64,000 nt of DNA from Chloroflexota bacterium. GTDB taxonomy: Bacteria > Chloroflexota > UBA11872 > VXOZ01. Under the pieces are notes generated by a model that was not told the DNA's origin, made no database searches, and worked only from the letters and a program-made list of their open reading frames with translations. The stretch spans positions 128,001 to 192,000 of the forward strand of contig OZ244922.1 of NCBI GenBank assembly GCA_965221905.1, read 5' to 3'. Both the position numbers and the translations under genes were made by a program. This document shows, piece by piece, positions 50,482 through 60,882 of the stretch. Each line of letters begins with the position of its first letter. Positions within the stretch are counted from its first letter, which is position 1.

Positions 50482-51276
50482 ATGGACAGAGCAGCGTTAC
50501 CGAAAGAACCACGCCAATTGCGGGCGCGCATACGCGCCGGAGAGTGGCAGACCACCACGGAAGGGCTTGCGCCGGGGTTTGTGCAGGCGAATCTAGCAAT
50601 TGTGCCGAAAGACTTGGCATTTGACTTCCTCCTATTCTGCCAGCGCAACGCCCAGCCGTGTCCGGTGCTGGAGGTGCTGGAACCGGGGTCGCCCGAACCG
50701 CGCGAGACAGCCCCCGGCGCGGATATTCGAACGGACTTACCACGCTACCGGATCTATGAGAATGGCAGCTTGGTGGATGAAGTCACGGAGATCACTGGCC
50801 GCTGGCAGGATGATTTTGTCTCATTCCTGCTGGGCTGCAGCTTTAGTTTTGAATCAGCCATGCTGGCAGCCGGGATTCCCCTGCGTCACTTGCAGGAGGG
50901 GAACGACGTCCCGGTGTACGTAACGAATCGGGCTACAGCGGCTGCCGGAGCTTTTTCAGGTCCGCTCGTCGTCAGTATGCGCCCAATTCACCATACTCAA
51001 GTAGTGCGCGCAGTGCAGACGACCTCGCGCTTTCCCGGCGTCCACGGCGCGCCCGTGCATATCGGTGATCCGCTGGAGATAGGCATTTCGGACCTCGATA
51101 GCCCGCAGTGGGGGGCGCGCACCGAAGTGCAGGACGGGGAAGTGCCCGTCTTCTGGGCCTGCGGCGTTACACCGCAAGCAGTGGCATTGGCGAGCAAGCC
51201 GCCGCTGATGATCACCCACGCGGCGGGCCACATGTTCCTGACAGACCTGCAGGATGCGCATCTGGCAGTACTGTAG
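50482..51276 (+). CDS. DUF1445 putative hydro-lyase (D-glutamate cyclase family)
   Basis: QANL, FCQRN..PCP, GCSFSFE and FWACGVTPQ. Confidence 0.9.
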   Translation: MDRAALPKEPRQLRARIRAGEWQTTTEGLAPGFVQANLAIVPKDLAFDFLLFCQRNAQPCPVLEVLEPGSPEPRETAPGADIRTDLPRYRIYENGSLVDEVTEITGRWQDDFVSFLLGCSFSFESAMLAAGIPLRHLQEGNDVPVYVTNRATAAAGAFSGPLVVSMRPIHHTQVVRAVQTTSRFPGVHGAPVHIGDPLEIGISDLDSPQWGARTEVQDGEVPVFWACGVTPQAVALASKPPLMITHAAGHMFLTDLQDAHLAVL

Positions 51277-51442
51277 GAAACACGGAGCCACCGGGCGCGG
51301 CCCCTTCCGTTCATACTTCGACAGGCTCAGCACGAACGGAATGGGAAGCTCAGTTCCTGTGCAACTGGCGCGGTACGAGCGGAAAGGGAGGCTCCGTGCC
51401 AATGGAACAGGCTCAGCACGCACTTAATGGGCAAAGGTCTCT

Positions 51443-52654
51443 CTAATCGCTGGCTGAGACATGTCCTTCAACGAATGAGAGGATTCGCTCAGCACGCTGC
51501 TCCCACGTGTAGGCTTGCACCTCTTCTTGCGCTTGCGCGGCCAGGCGTGCCGCCAGCGCGGGCTCCGCCAATAGGTGTTGGATGCCCTGAGAAAGCGCGG
51601 CGGGATCATCGGGCGTCGTCAGCCAGGCGTTCTCGCCGTGACGCAACACCTCCCGCAACGAAGGCAGGTCCGAAGCCACAATGGGCCGACCGGCGGCCAT
51701 GTACTCGAAGAGCTTCAACGGCGAGGTGTGTTCGCGGGAGATCGCCGTCTGCGCCGTATTGGGCAACACGAGCACGTCGGCCGCCGCCTGATAGAGAGGC
51801 ACCCGTTCCGGCGCAACGTGGCCCGTGATGACCACATTATCAAGCCCTAGCTCACCCACCAGCGCCCGCGCCTCCGCCAGTTCACGGGGAGCGCCGCCGA
51901 CGAGGCAAAGCGCGGCCTCCGGCAGCGCCGCCATGGCCGCGATGAGCGTGTGCACGCCCTTCCAGCGATAGAGTTGTCCGGTGTAGCAAATGAGCGGACG
52001 TTCGGTCGGCAGCTCCAAGCGCAAGCGTGCTGTCCTCTTGTCCGGGAGCTGTCCGTAGCGGGCAAGGTCTACCCCGTCCGGCGCCGTAAGCACCTTTTCC
52101 GCCGGGACGCCGAGCTGCCGATAGTAGCGGCGGATTGACTCCGTGATGGTAACGATTCCGTCGAGGCGGGCTGCGAGCCGGCGTGCCAGGCGCCGCGACC
52201 ACGGCGTTTCCGGCGTGGTGTGGGCCTCATAGAACAGCCGCCAGCGACGCTGGGGGTCCGCCGCTCGCAGCAGAGCTAGCGCGAAGAGATCGCGCGAATA
52301 GCAGATGCCGGCGCGGTGCGAGCGCAACCGCTGCAGCGCTCGTATGAGAAACGTGCCGGTCTGCACGTAGTGACTGAGCTGCGCCAACGGCGTCTCGTTG
52401 AACCGGGGATGGTCTATCGTGGTCGCTTTGATATAGTCAACGCAAGGCACCGGCTGCATGGAGAAGGATGCAGGCACGCCGTAATAGGCGAATACGTCGC
52501 CGGTGGCGGCCCATGGCCCGTATGTCTGGCGTTGCGGATAGAAAAGGTCTACCTGCACGCTTTGGGATGCCAGCGCCGCGCACATCTGCATCACCTGGTA
52601 GGCGCTGGCGCGTTCGCTGGGAATGCGGGTGTTGGTGATGTAGAACAATCTCAT
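51443..52654 (-). CDS. Glycosyltransferase family 4
   Basis: SPLKLFEYMAAGRPIV. Confidence 0.9.
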   Translation of the reverse strand: MRLFYITNTRIPSERASAYQVMQMCAALASQSVQVDLFYPQRQTYGPWAATGDVFAYYGVPASFSMQPVPCVDYIKATTIDHPRFNETPLAQLSHYVQTGTFLIRALQRLRSHRAGICYSRDLFALALLRAADPQRRWRLFYEAHTTPETPWSRRLARRLAARLDGIVTITESIRRYYRQLGVPAEKVLTAPDGVDLARYGQLPDKRTARLRLELPTERPLICYTGQLYRWKGVHTLIAAMAALPEAALCLVGGAPRELAEARALVGELGLDNVVITGHVAPERVPLYQAAADVLVLPNTAQTAISREHTSPLKLFEYMAAGRPIVASDLPSLREVLRHGENAWLTTPDDPAALSQGIQHLLAEPALAARLAAQAQEEVQAYTWEQRAERILSFVEGHVSASD

Positions 52655-52778
52655 GGGCGTAAACTTCGTTCAACAAGCAACGCGTCAGTGTAGCAATTCC
52701 GTTCGGCCTGAGCCAGTCGAAGGCCGAGTACAGTCGCTTCTGTGCGGCTACAAGTCGTCAAAGAGCAAGGGCCCAGTA

Positions 52779-53073
52779 CATCATTGCCGTTCGGCCAGAG
52801 CGTGTCGAAGGCTGATCACAGGCACTCGCGTGCGACAACAATGCGCAAGAAGCAACAGCGCAAGGCATCATTGCCGTTCGGCCAGAGCGTGTCGAAGGCT
52901 GAGCACAGGCGCTCGCGTGCGACAACAATGCGCAAGAAGCAACAGCGCAAGGCATCATTCCCGTTCGGCCTGAGCGTGTCGAGGGCCGATTACAGGCACT
53001 CGCGTGCGACAACAATGCGCAAGAGGCAACGGCGGAAGGCATCATTGCCGTTCGGCCTGAGCGTGTCGAAGGG
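52779..53073. repeat. 87-bp tandem repeat (about 3.4 copies), each carrying a REP-like palindrome
   Basis: Units start at 52779, 52866, 52953 and 53040. Confidence 0.9.
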
Positions 53074-53333
53074 CCCTCCGCAGCCAAGCGTCCGCTCGCC
53101 TTGGCGCCACTAACGCCCTTCGGTCGGCGAAAGCCGGAGTGTGAGCCGCGAGTCGCTGCGCGCCTTCCTAACTGGTAGGCAGACCGCAAGCAGCCACTCA
53201 TGCCGGCGCATACCTGTGGTGTCGCCAACTTTACCGTATCACATCGATGAGTCTCTGATTGCCGTCTCTTGCCGGAGCAGCGCAAGTTCGACATAATACT
53301 ATGCAGTTTGTCAATTAGCAAAGTGAGGCAGCA

Positions 53334-54269
53334 ATGGCACGGCGAGTAAGGATTGCCACCGTTTCTTTCCTAATGGGCGGCGGGCCGGTGACGCAGGCCG
53401 CGCGCTACGACCAGGCGTTTCGCTACCTGGAGGCGGCGCTGGCGGACCACCCCGATCTCATCCTGCTGCCGGAGCTCTTTGAGACGATGGGTTGCGTGGA
53501 GTGGCAGCAGATTGCCCGAATGGATGATGCGGAAGCGCGCTTTGCGGCTGCGCTGGAATGCGCCATGACGGAAGAAGGCCCGGTTGCCGCGCGCTTCCGG
53601 CAGTTCGCCGCGCGGCACAACGTGACCGTGGTCTCGAATAACCTGACCCGGGACGGCGATGCGCTGTATAACCAAGCGACATTCTACGGCAGGCAGGGCG
53701 ACATCGTCGGGCGCTACCGCAAGGTGCAGCCCACGGAGAACGAGTACGAGGTGAAGGGGACCACCCCCGGTGACGAAATTGCGCCGATCGAGGTGGACGG
53801 CATCCGCTACGGGGTCTTCATCTGCAACGATCAGGCGTTTCCTGAGATTTGCCAGCTATTCGGCTTACAAGGCACGGACGTACTCCTGCACCCTACCCAG
53901 GCCGCGGGGCCGACTGAGACCATTCGCTCGGAGATGCTGCGCACCCGCGCCCACGACGCTTCCTGCTTTCTGGCGACGTCAACCTTCATCCAGGATAAGC
54001 CCCTCGGCTGGCAGTACCGGCAGAGCCACGCAACAATTTATGATTTCAACGGCTTTACGCTAGCTGAAACCGGCCACCGCGACGGCCACGCGACTGCTAC
54101 GTTCGACTTGGATGAAGAGCGCTGGACAAGCTGGTGCACGAAGTACGACCACCGCCGCACGATGCTGCGCCAACACCGCACCGACCTCTACGCCCGTGCC
54201 TACGCAAGGCTCGCGCCGGAGAAGGAAAACATGATTCCGGTGGAAGAATCAAGCGCAGTGAAGTCGTAG
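53334..54269 (+). CDS. Carbon-nitrogen hydrolase (nitrilase superfamily)
   Basis: LPE, YRK and ICND catalytic triad. Confidence 0.9.
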   Translation: MARRVRIATVSFLMGGGPVTQAARYDQAFRYLEAALADHPDLILLPELFETMGCVEWQQIARMDDAEARFAAALECAMTEEGPVAARFRQFAARHNVTVVSNNLTRDGDALYNQATFYGRQGDIVGRYRKVQPTENEYEVKGTTPGDEIAPIEVDGIRYGVFICNDQAFPEICQLFGLQGTDVLLHPTQAAGPTETIRSEMLRTRAHDASCFLATSTFIQDKPLGWQYRQSHATIYDFNGFTLAETGHRDGHATATFDLDEERWTSWCTKYDHRRTMLRQHRTDLYARAYARLAPEKENMIPVEESSAVKS

Positions 54270-54433
54270 TGCCCGCCAAATAGGCCGTCGCTCTTGGAGG
54301 GCTAAGCACAGCAGTTGGGGGGACGAGAGGCTGAATCAGCAGCCCGGTGGGCGAGTGAGAAGTCTCAGCGAGAGTAACCGTTCGTGGTGAGCTTGCCTGT
54401 CCTGAGTTCGTCGAAGGGTCGAACTATAAACGG

Positions 54434-55672
54434 TTACGTGGCAGTGAGGCGCGTGAAGACCTCCACGAACCGGTCTGTCAGGCCTGCCACGCTGTGATCG
54501 TCCACCACGATTTGCCGCAAGGCGCGGCCCAATTCGCTGCGGCGGCTTTCCTCTAAGGCAAGTACTGACGTGAGCCGCTCGGCAAGTTCCGCCGGATTGC
54601 TGGGGGCGAACATGAGCATGCCCTCGTGATTTGCCAGTACGGGCGCGAACGACTCATTGCAGGTGAGCGCCGGCTTTTCGCACGCCATTGCTTCCAACAC
54701 GACCTTGTCGATGGAGCCGGTGTGACTGGCGTTGATGAGCACGTCGCAGCGCCGGTACTCGTCTACCATGAGACGATTGGGTACCTTGCCGACAAACGTA
54801 ACGTGCGCTTCCAACGCGAGCTCTCGCACCAACCCTTCTAGTTCGGTCAAGTAGGCGCGGTCGTCGGCGTAAAAGGGCGTGCCGATGATGCGCAGGCACA
54901 CGTCGAGATCAGGCGACTGCGATCGCAGCAGGTCGAGGGCTTGGATGATCGTGCCGTAGTCCTTAGAGCGCGATAGCCGCCCCACAGTAAGCAAGACCTT
55001 GGTGCCCGCAGACGCAAGCGCAATATCGCCGTCCGTTGCCGCACCGGTAGCGCAGGTTTGCAACCTGCGGCTGTGTGTCGCCGGGTCGGTAGCGCAGGTT
55101 TGCAACCTGCGTCCCTCTGCGGTAGCCGTGGGTTCCTGCTCAGCCGCAGTGAAGTAATCGGCGTCTATGCCGTGGCCGGTGACGATCCGCTTCGGACTGT
55201 TGATGCGGAACGATGCGGGAGAGGCCGTAACAACCGCCGCGACCAGGTTGTGCGCGATACGCAAATAGCGGCTCACGGTACCGTGGGCGTTCCAAAGCAC
55301 TATCGGCACTCCGAAGAGACGGGCAAGCGGCGCGGCGAGAATGGCGTAGCGCGGCACCATGTGCACGAAGACTACGTCTACTTCGCGCCGTCGCAGCAAG
55401 CGCCAGAGGTGGCTATAGAAGTTCCTTAGCAGAAAGAGCTTGTTCGCGCTGCGCTCTTTGCCCATGGAGTAGAGCGAGACGTTTGCTGGCAGGTTGGCCG
55501 CGCCGACGCTGAGCGCCAAGACCGCCACGTAGTCCACCTTGGGGGCCAGGTGCCGAATCCAGGTCAGCGTAACGCCGAGCAGGGCACTATTCTCATCGAT
55601 CTCCTGGGTAATCAGAAGGACGCGCATACGCTCTAGATTCCTCACTGCGATCGGAATGACGTGGAGTCGCAC
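54434..55672 (-). CDS. Glycosyltransferase family 4 with intragenic repeat insertion
   Basis: VGRLSRSK and DKVVLEAMAC. RRLQTCAT occurs twice in the linker. Confidence 0.9.
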   Translation of the reverse strand: MRLHVIPIAVRNLERMRVLLITQEIDENSALLGVTLTWIRHLAPKVDYVAVLALSVGAANLPANVSLYSMGKERSANKLFLLRNFYSHLWRLLRRREVDVVFVHMVPRYAILAAPLARLFGVPIVLWNAHGTVSRYLRIAHNLVAAVVTASPASFRINSPKRIVTGHGIDADYFTAAEQEPTATAEGRRLQTCATDPATHSRRLQTCATGAATDGDIALASAGTKVLLTVGRLSRSKDYGTIIQALDLLRSQSPDLDVCLRIIGTPFYADDRAYLTELEGLVRELALEAHVTFVGKVPNRLMVDEYRRCDVLINASHTGSIDKVVLEAMACEKPALTCNESFAPVLANHEGMLMFAPSNPAELAERLTSVLALEESRRSELGRALRQIVVDDHSVAGLTDRFVEVFTRLTAT

Positions 55673-56817
55673 GGCGCAGCGCCTATCAGGCGGAGATAGC
55701 CCTCCGCATACCGTCGAATGCCCTCCTCATACGCGAACGGTGTCACGGCTGCGCGGGCCGCCGCGCCGAGGCGCTGCTGGAGAGATTCACTTTCAAGCAC
55801 GGCGAGGAGCGCTTCGCTCAGGCTCTCAGGAGTCCAGTCTACCAAATAACCGTTCTCCCCCTGCGCAATAACCTCCGGCATTGCGCCGACCGGCGTGCTG
55901 ATCGCGGGCAGGCCGCATGCCATTCCTTCCAAGGTGGTGCGCGGCCCGCCTTCGTTGAACGAAGCGCAGACCACGACCCGAGCGGCGTTGTAAGCGCGGG
56001 CGACGGCCGCCTGATCGGGCAGCCAACCCAAGAGCCGCACATTGTGCTGGAGGCCGTGCTGTGCGAGGTGGTGGGTCAGCGCATCCTTGAGGGGGCCTTC
56101 CCCAACAATGTGCAGGCTGATGTCCGGCTTGTGCCGTTTGGCAAGGGCAATGGCGTCCAGCAGCAGAAAGAGCCCCTTGTTCTTCACCAGGCGGCAAACA
56201 ATTATGACGTCGGCCTCTTTGGCGACGGGTTGCGGTGCAAACGCGTCGAGGTCCAAGTAATGAGAAGGCAGCGCGAGGATCTTAGCTTGCGGCACGCCCC
56301 ACGCGCGGTAGAGCTCCGGTATCTCACGTTCGTTCCCCGCGCGGAAGGCCGCGGCGCGGCGCTTCGCCCACTGGACGTAGAGCCAATAGAGTCTCTTTTC
56401 CAGTCGCTCAGTGGCGTCCGCGGCGCGCGGATGTCCCGGTACGTGGAAGATCTCCGAAACATACGGTATCTCCGCGCTGTCCGCTAAACGGGCCGCGGCG
56501 CGTCCGTTGTGGAAGAGGCCGTAGTCGTGGCTGACGGTGAGGCCGTAGGCGCGTTCCTGCAGCAAAGTATCGGCACGCTGCTCAATAAAATGCGTCCGGC
56601 TGAGCTTGCCGCCGCCGCTCGGGTGAATGAAGACGTTGGGAAAAGGCTGCTGCGGCGCGGCATCGGGCTGGGGCGGCACGATCACGTCTATGCGCTGCCA
56701 GTAGCGACGCAACGCCGCCAGCGTGTAGTAGAAAGGGCCTTTGCGACCGCGAGAAACGTCCCGGTCGCCGCTGAGCATGAGAAGATTCGGCGCACTCTGC
56801 TGTGTCATCGAGTCCAT
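55642..56817 (-). CDS. Glycosyltransferase family 4
   Basis: RLVKNKG and EGGPRTTLEGMACG. Confidence 0.9.
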   Translation of the reverse strand: MDSMTQQSAPNLLMLSGDRDVSRGRKGPFYYTLAALRRYWQRIDVIVPPQPDAAPQQPFPNVFIHPSGGGKLSRTHFIEQRADTLLQERAYGLTVSHDYGLFHNGRAAARLADSAEIPYVSEIFHVPGHPRAADATERLEKRLYWLYVQWAKRRAAAFRAGNEREIPELYRAWGVPQAKILALPSHYLDLDAFAPQPVAKEADVIIVCRLVKNKGLFLLLDAIALAKRHKPDISLHIVGEGPLKDALTHHLAQHGLQHNVRLLGWLPDQAAVARAYNAARVVVCASFNEGGPRTTLEGMACGLPAISTPVGAMPEVIAQGENGYLVDWTPESLSEALLAVLESESLQQRLGAAARAAVTPFAYEEGIRRYAEGYLRLIGAAPCDSTSFRSQ

Positions 56818-56901
56818 ACGTATTGCTGAAGAGAAGCCGGTGTGTCTCCTGTCGAGACAAGCAATGCCTACCGGCGCACGAGACGTGCCGCCATTTGCGC
56901 T

Positions 56902-58092
56902 TTACGCGGAACCTTCTCTCTCTTGGGGCATCTCCGGTAGCGGTCGCTCTCCGGCGAGACGCTGCAAGACCGATTCGGTCTCACCGACCAGGCGCGACCA
57001 TACGTAGTAGTCCAGCCCGTGCCGTGCCGCCGCGCTGAGCCGCTCGCCCTTCTCAGGAGCAGCCAGCAGTTCGTTGATCGCTGCCGCCATGGCGGCAAGG
57101 TCGTCCAAAGGAGTGAGAATGCCCGTCTTATCGTGTTCGATCACCTCGAAATTGCCGCCCACGGCGGTCGTGACGATGGGCACGCCCAAGGAGCGCACCT
57201 CCAGCAGCGTGTGCGATAGCCCTTCATATTGCGTGTTGAGCACGAATACGTCGGCAGCGCGCAGATAGAGCGGCACCTGCGCGTGCGGTACGCGCCCCAC
57301 GAAAACGACCCGCTCGGCAACGCCTTGATCGCGCGCGCGTTGTTCGAGCGCGTCCTGTTCGGGGCCATCGCCAACGATCACCAGCTTGGCCGCCGCGTGA
57401 ATCTGCGGGACAAGGTCGATGAGCTGGTCTATATTCTTCCACGCGTAGAGGCGCGCCACCGTCATGGCAGTGGGAAAGTCGAACCCAAGCTGCGCTTTGG
57501 CGGCTTCCTGGGTTGCGTCCACGCGCACTGCCTCGGTGAGTGCGTTGTAGATCACCTGCACGCGCTCGTCCGGTACGCCCCACCCAACTACCAGCGACTT
57601 CACGTAGTTGCTCGGCGTGATGACGACGTGGGCGTTGCGGGCGTAGAAGCGCTGCAGGCTGCGAATAATCTCCACGCGCCAGGCGTGCCGCTCCGTCTGA
57701 AAGGCGTCGATGTGCGCCACGTCCCAGTTGTGGCGGATGGCGTATTCCCAGGCAAAGTCCCCGACCACTTTCAAGGCGCGCGGCTTGCGCAGTAGCTTGC
57801 TCGCGATAATGGCAGGCAGGTCGGCGCCGTTGACATACACCACGTCGGCATGGCGCGCGACGCGCAAGGCCGTGCGAATGAGCGCCAAGTAGCGCCGCCA
57901 CACCGGCAATTGTCGTGAAACTTTGTAAACGGGGAAGGGAAACAGGGCCGACGTGTCAGCAGGATCGTCAGCGGTGGCAATGACTGCTACCGTGTGACCC
58001 CGCTCGTGCAGCTCCTCGGCAAGATGCGAGACGTACGTGGCCGGACCGCCAATGTCAGGCGGAAATATGTTGGTGATAAAGCAAATGTTCAA
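56902..58092 (-). CDS. Glycosyltransferase family 4
   Basis: FPPDIGGPATY and EGLSHTLLE. Confidence 0.9.
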   Translation of the reverse strand: MNICFITNIFPPDIGGPATYVSHLAEELHERGHTVAVIATADDPADTSALFPFPVYKVSRQLPVWRRYLALIRTALRVARHADVVYVNGADLPAIIASKLLRKPRALKVVGDFAWEYAIRHNWDVAHIDAFQTERHAWRVEIIRSLQRFYARNAHVVITPSNYVKSLVVGWGVPDERVQVIYNALTEAVRVDATQEAAKAQLGFDFPTAMTVARLYAWKNIDQLIDLVPQIHAAAKLVIVGDGPEQDALEQRARDQGVAERVVFVGRVPHAQVPLYLRAADVFVLNTQYEGLSHTLLEVRSLGVPIVTTAVGGNFEVIEHDKTGILTPLDDLAAMAAAINELLAAPEKGERLSAAARHGLDYYVWSRLVGETESVLQRLAGERPLPEMPQEREGSA

Positions 58093-58223
58093 GGCGTTGC
58101 CATTCCCTGCCCCTGTGCGCAGGCAGGGCGCGTAGCGCTAGTTTGCGTGGACGCTTCAAGAACTCGCTCATTCCTCCTGTGCCAGGGCTCATCGTTGCTG
58201 TGCCGGTAAGGACAATTCCATTC

Positions 58224-58332
58224 CGTCATTCCCGCGAAAGCGGGAATCCATCTTTCCTTGACCAGCAGCGCGCCTTCCCAATCAACAGAGCGGTTCTGCC
58301 CCGGATGGACTCTCGTGAAAGCGGGAGTGACG
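58224..58332. repeat. Paired palindromic repeat (GTCATTCCCGCGAAAGCGGGAATCCA family)
   Basis: Inverted pair, same family as 15193-15262. Confidence 0.75.
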
Positions 58333-58471
58333 AATAGCGCGGCTACTTGGAAGCTATCTCTTCGTTCAAGCATGGAGTGTCCGACACTCGGTTCCGTCTG
58401 AGCACATAAACCTCGCATCTTGTACGCCAAGTTAGAGTTGAAGAGGTTTTGTCCCTGGGCATTTAGCGGTG

Positions 58472-58957
58472 CTAACGAGAATTCCCGCTCGCGCCCTCAG
58501 CGGTTGGCGACACTCCTTCTACCCATACCTCCCCGTCGTCGTAGGCCTCTTTCTTCCAGATGGGTACCGTCTCTTTCAGCCGATTGATAGCAAACTCACA
58601 GGCCTCGAACGACGCTTTGCGGTGCGGAGTTGCCACCGCAATCGCCACCGAGACCTCGCCGATCTCCAGTTTGCCGATGCGATGGAGCATGGCAACCCGG
58701 CACTCCGGCCATTGGGCATAGACCTCTGCCGCGATCTTGCGCATCTCCGCCTCTGCCATCTCCGGGTAGGCCTCGTACGAGAGGGCGGTGACGTGCTTGC
58801 CGCGCGCATTGTTTCGCACCGTGCCGGAGAAGGTTGCCACGGCGCCGTAAGCGTCGGTGAGCACGTGGGGGATCAGTTCGTCGGCCGTAATCGGGCGCTC
58901 GAGAATGCGAAAGAATCCGGTCTCGATCTTCTCCGCTGCGGTCATGGCAATTGTCAT
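58472..58957 (-). CDS. moaE: Molybdopterin synthase catalytic subunit
   Basis: GAVATFSGTVR, YEAYPEMA, HRIG, PHR and PIWKKE. Confidence 0.95.
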   Translation of the reverse strand: MTIAMTAAEKIETGFFRILERPITADELIPHVLTDAYGAVATFSGTVRNNARGKHVTALSYEAYPEMAEAEMRKIAAEVYAQWPECRVAMLHRIGKLEIGEVSVAIAVATPHRKASFEACEFAINRLKETVPIWKKEAYDDGEVWVEGVSPTAEGASGNSR

Positions 58958-59241
58958 CGGTTTGCTGCTCCAAAGAGTGAAATCACGCCGCCGCTCACCG
59001 GCGGGATGAACGCCACCTCGTCACCGGCCTGGAGGACGGTTTCCGCCGTCGCATACGTGCGGTTTACAGAGAACGAGACGGCCGCTTCCGCGCCTGCCAA
59101 AGCCGGAAACCGGTCGATGAGTTGGGCGAGCACCTGCTCCACTGTCGTTCCCTCCGGGGCCTCTTGCGTAAGCGTGCTCGTGCCCAGTGCTTCCCGAAAG
59201 ACTGCGAAGAGTCGCAGTGTAACCAATATGGTCTCAGCCAT
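58954..59241 (-). CDS. moaD: Molybdopterin synthase sulfur carrier with C-terminal extension
   Basis: RLFAVFRE..GDEVAFIPPVSGG followed by VISLFGAANR. Confidence 0.9.
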   Translation of the reverse strand: MAETILVTLRLFAVFREALGTSTLTQEAPEGTTVEQVLAQLIDRFPALAGAEAAVSFSVNRTYATAETVLQAGDEVAFIPPVSGGVISLFGAANR

Positions 59242-59604
59242 AGCGCACATTCTTGATGCGACGACCAATGTAGGGGCAATCCTTGTGGTTGCCCTCTTTC
59301 CTCCTCAGTATACCAAAGCCGCTCCCGCGCACCGAAGCGGCTACCGGGGCAAATACACCGGCACAGCGGGGTAGAAGAAAAGAGCGCAGCGTGCGGGATA
59401 TTTTCAGGTACCTATGTGCTTAACGGAGCCTCGCTGCCGGTTCGTCTAAGGTGCTTGCCGGGATAGAGAAGTGAACAACGAAAATGAGTCCAACTTGGTA
59501 CTATGCGGATAACAGACGCAGTACCATGTGCGAATCAAGAGTGCGGCAGACAACTATGCCGCAATAGGACTGAATCAGGCCGGTTACAGGAAGGGGCTTG
59601 GGCA

Positions 59605-60882
59605 ATGGAACAGGATATAGCCTTTGAGATGGCAGCTTCCAGCATCCGTTTCGGCTGGGGAGTCACCCGCGAGGTAGGTATGGACCTGGTGGACTGCGGG
59701 GCGAAACGCGTGATGGTGGTCACGGATCCAGTGCTGCGGGAATTGCCGCCGGTAGCAACGGTACGCACTGCGCTTGAAGAGGCCGGCGTGCCCCACGTGC
59801 TCTTCGATCGCGTGCAGATCGAGCCGACGGATGCCTCGTTCAAAGAGGCGATTGCGTTTGCAGTGGGCGAGCAAGTGGACGCCTTCGTGGCGGTGGGCGG
59901 CGGCTCGACGATTGACACGGCCAAGGCTGCCAACCTCTATGCGACCTATCCGGCTGACTTTCTCGACTACGTCAACGCTCCTATCGGCAAGGGGCTGCCC
60001 GTACCGGGGCCGCTCAAGCCGTTGATCGCGATCCCGACCACTGCCGGTACCGGCAGCGAGACCACTGGCACTGCCATCTTCGATCTGGTGTCGATGCACG
60101 CCAAAACGGGCATCTCCCACCGCAACCTCAAGCCTACCCTCGGCATCATCGACCCCGAAAACACCGCCACCCTCTCGCCAACGGCAGTGGCGTCTACCGG
60201 CTGCGACGTGCTGAGTCATGCCCTGGAGTCCTATACCGCAATATCGTATACCATGCGACCGTACCCGGAACGTCCTATCTTACGGCCGGCGTATCAGGGC
60301 GCGAATCCAGTGAGCGACTTATGGGCGCGGGAGACGCTCGCGATGGTGGCGCAGTATCTCCCGCGGGCTATGGCGGACCCCGAAGATAGGGAAGCCCGGG
60401 AGAAGATGCTGCTGGCGGCATCGTTTGCCGGCATTGGTTTCGGCAATGCGGGCGTGCATCTGCCGCACGGTATGTCCTATCCCGTCGCCGGCATGGTGCG
60501 CGACTACCACCCGGCAGGATATGCCGGCGACCACCCTATGGTGCCCCACGGCATGGCTGTAATCCTCAATGCACCGGCTGTGTTCCGCTTTACTGGAGCG
60601 GCGGGGCCGACGCGCCATATTCAGGCAGCCGGGTTGCTCGGCGCGGACATCAGCCGGGCGAAACCCGGCGACGCGGGAACAATCCTCTCCGACCGCCTTA
60701 TCGCTCTTATGCAAGAATTACAGGTCCCGAATGGTCTCAGCGCCATTGGCTACACCTCAGCCGACATTCCGGCGCTCGTGGAAGGCACGCTGCCGCAGCA
60801 TCGCGTCACCAAGCTCTCGCCGCGTCAGGCCGCGGCGGAAGATCTGACGCGCCTCTTCGAGGATGCAATGCGCTACTGGTAG
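59605..60882 (+). CDS. Hydroxyacid-oxoacid transhydrogenase (Fe-ADH family)
   Basis: GGGSTIDTAK, DYVNAPIGKG, GVHLPHGMSY and RPAYQGANP. Confidence 0.88.
   Translation: MEQDIAFEMAASSIRFGWGVTREVGMDLVDCGAKRVMVVTDPVLRELPPVATVRTALEEAGVPHVLFDRVQIEPTDASFKEAIAFAVGEQVDAFVAVGGGSTIDTAKAANLYATYPADFLDYVNAPIGKGLPVPGPLKPLIAIPTTAGTGSETTGTAIFDLVSMHAKTGISHRNLKPTLGIIDPENTATLSPTAVASTGCDVLSHALESYTAISYTMRPYPERPILRPAYQGANPVSDLWARETLAMVAQYLPRAMADPEDREAREKMLLAASFAGIGFGNAGVHLPHGMSYPVAGMVRDYHPAGYAGDHPMVPHGMAVILNAPAVFRFTGAAGPTRHIQAAGLLGADISRAKPGDAGTILSDRLIALMQELQVPNGLSAIGYTSADIPALVEGTLPQHRVTKLSPRQAAAEDLTRLFEDAMRYW

Noticed and set aside
52779-53073. CRISPR array
   Set aside because: The would-be spacers are near-identical, so this is a tandem repeat. 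No cas genes.
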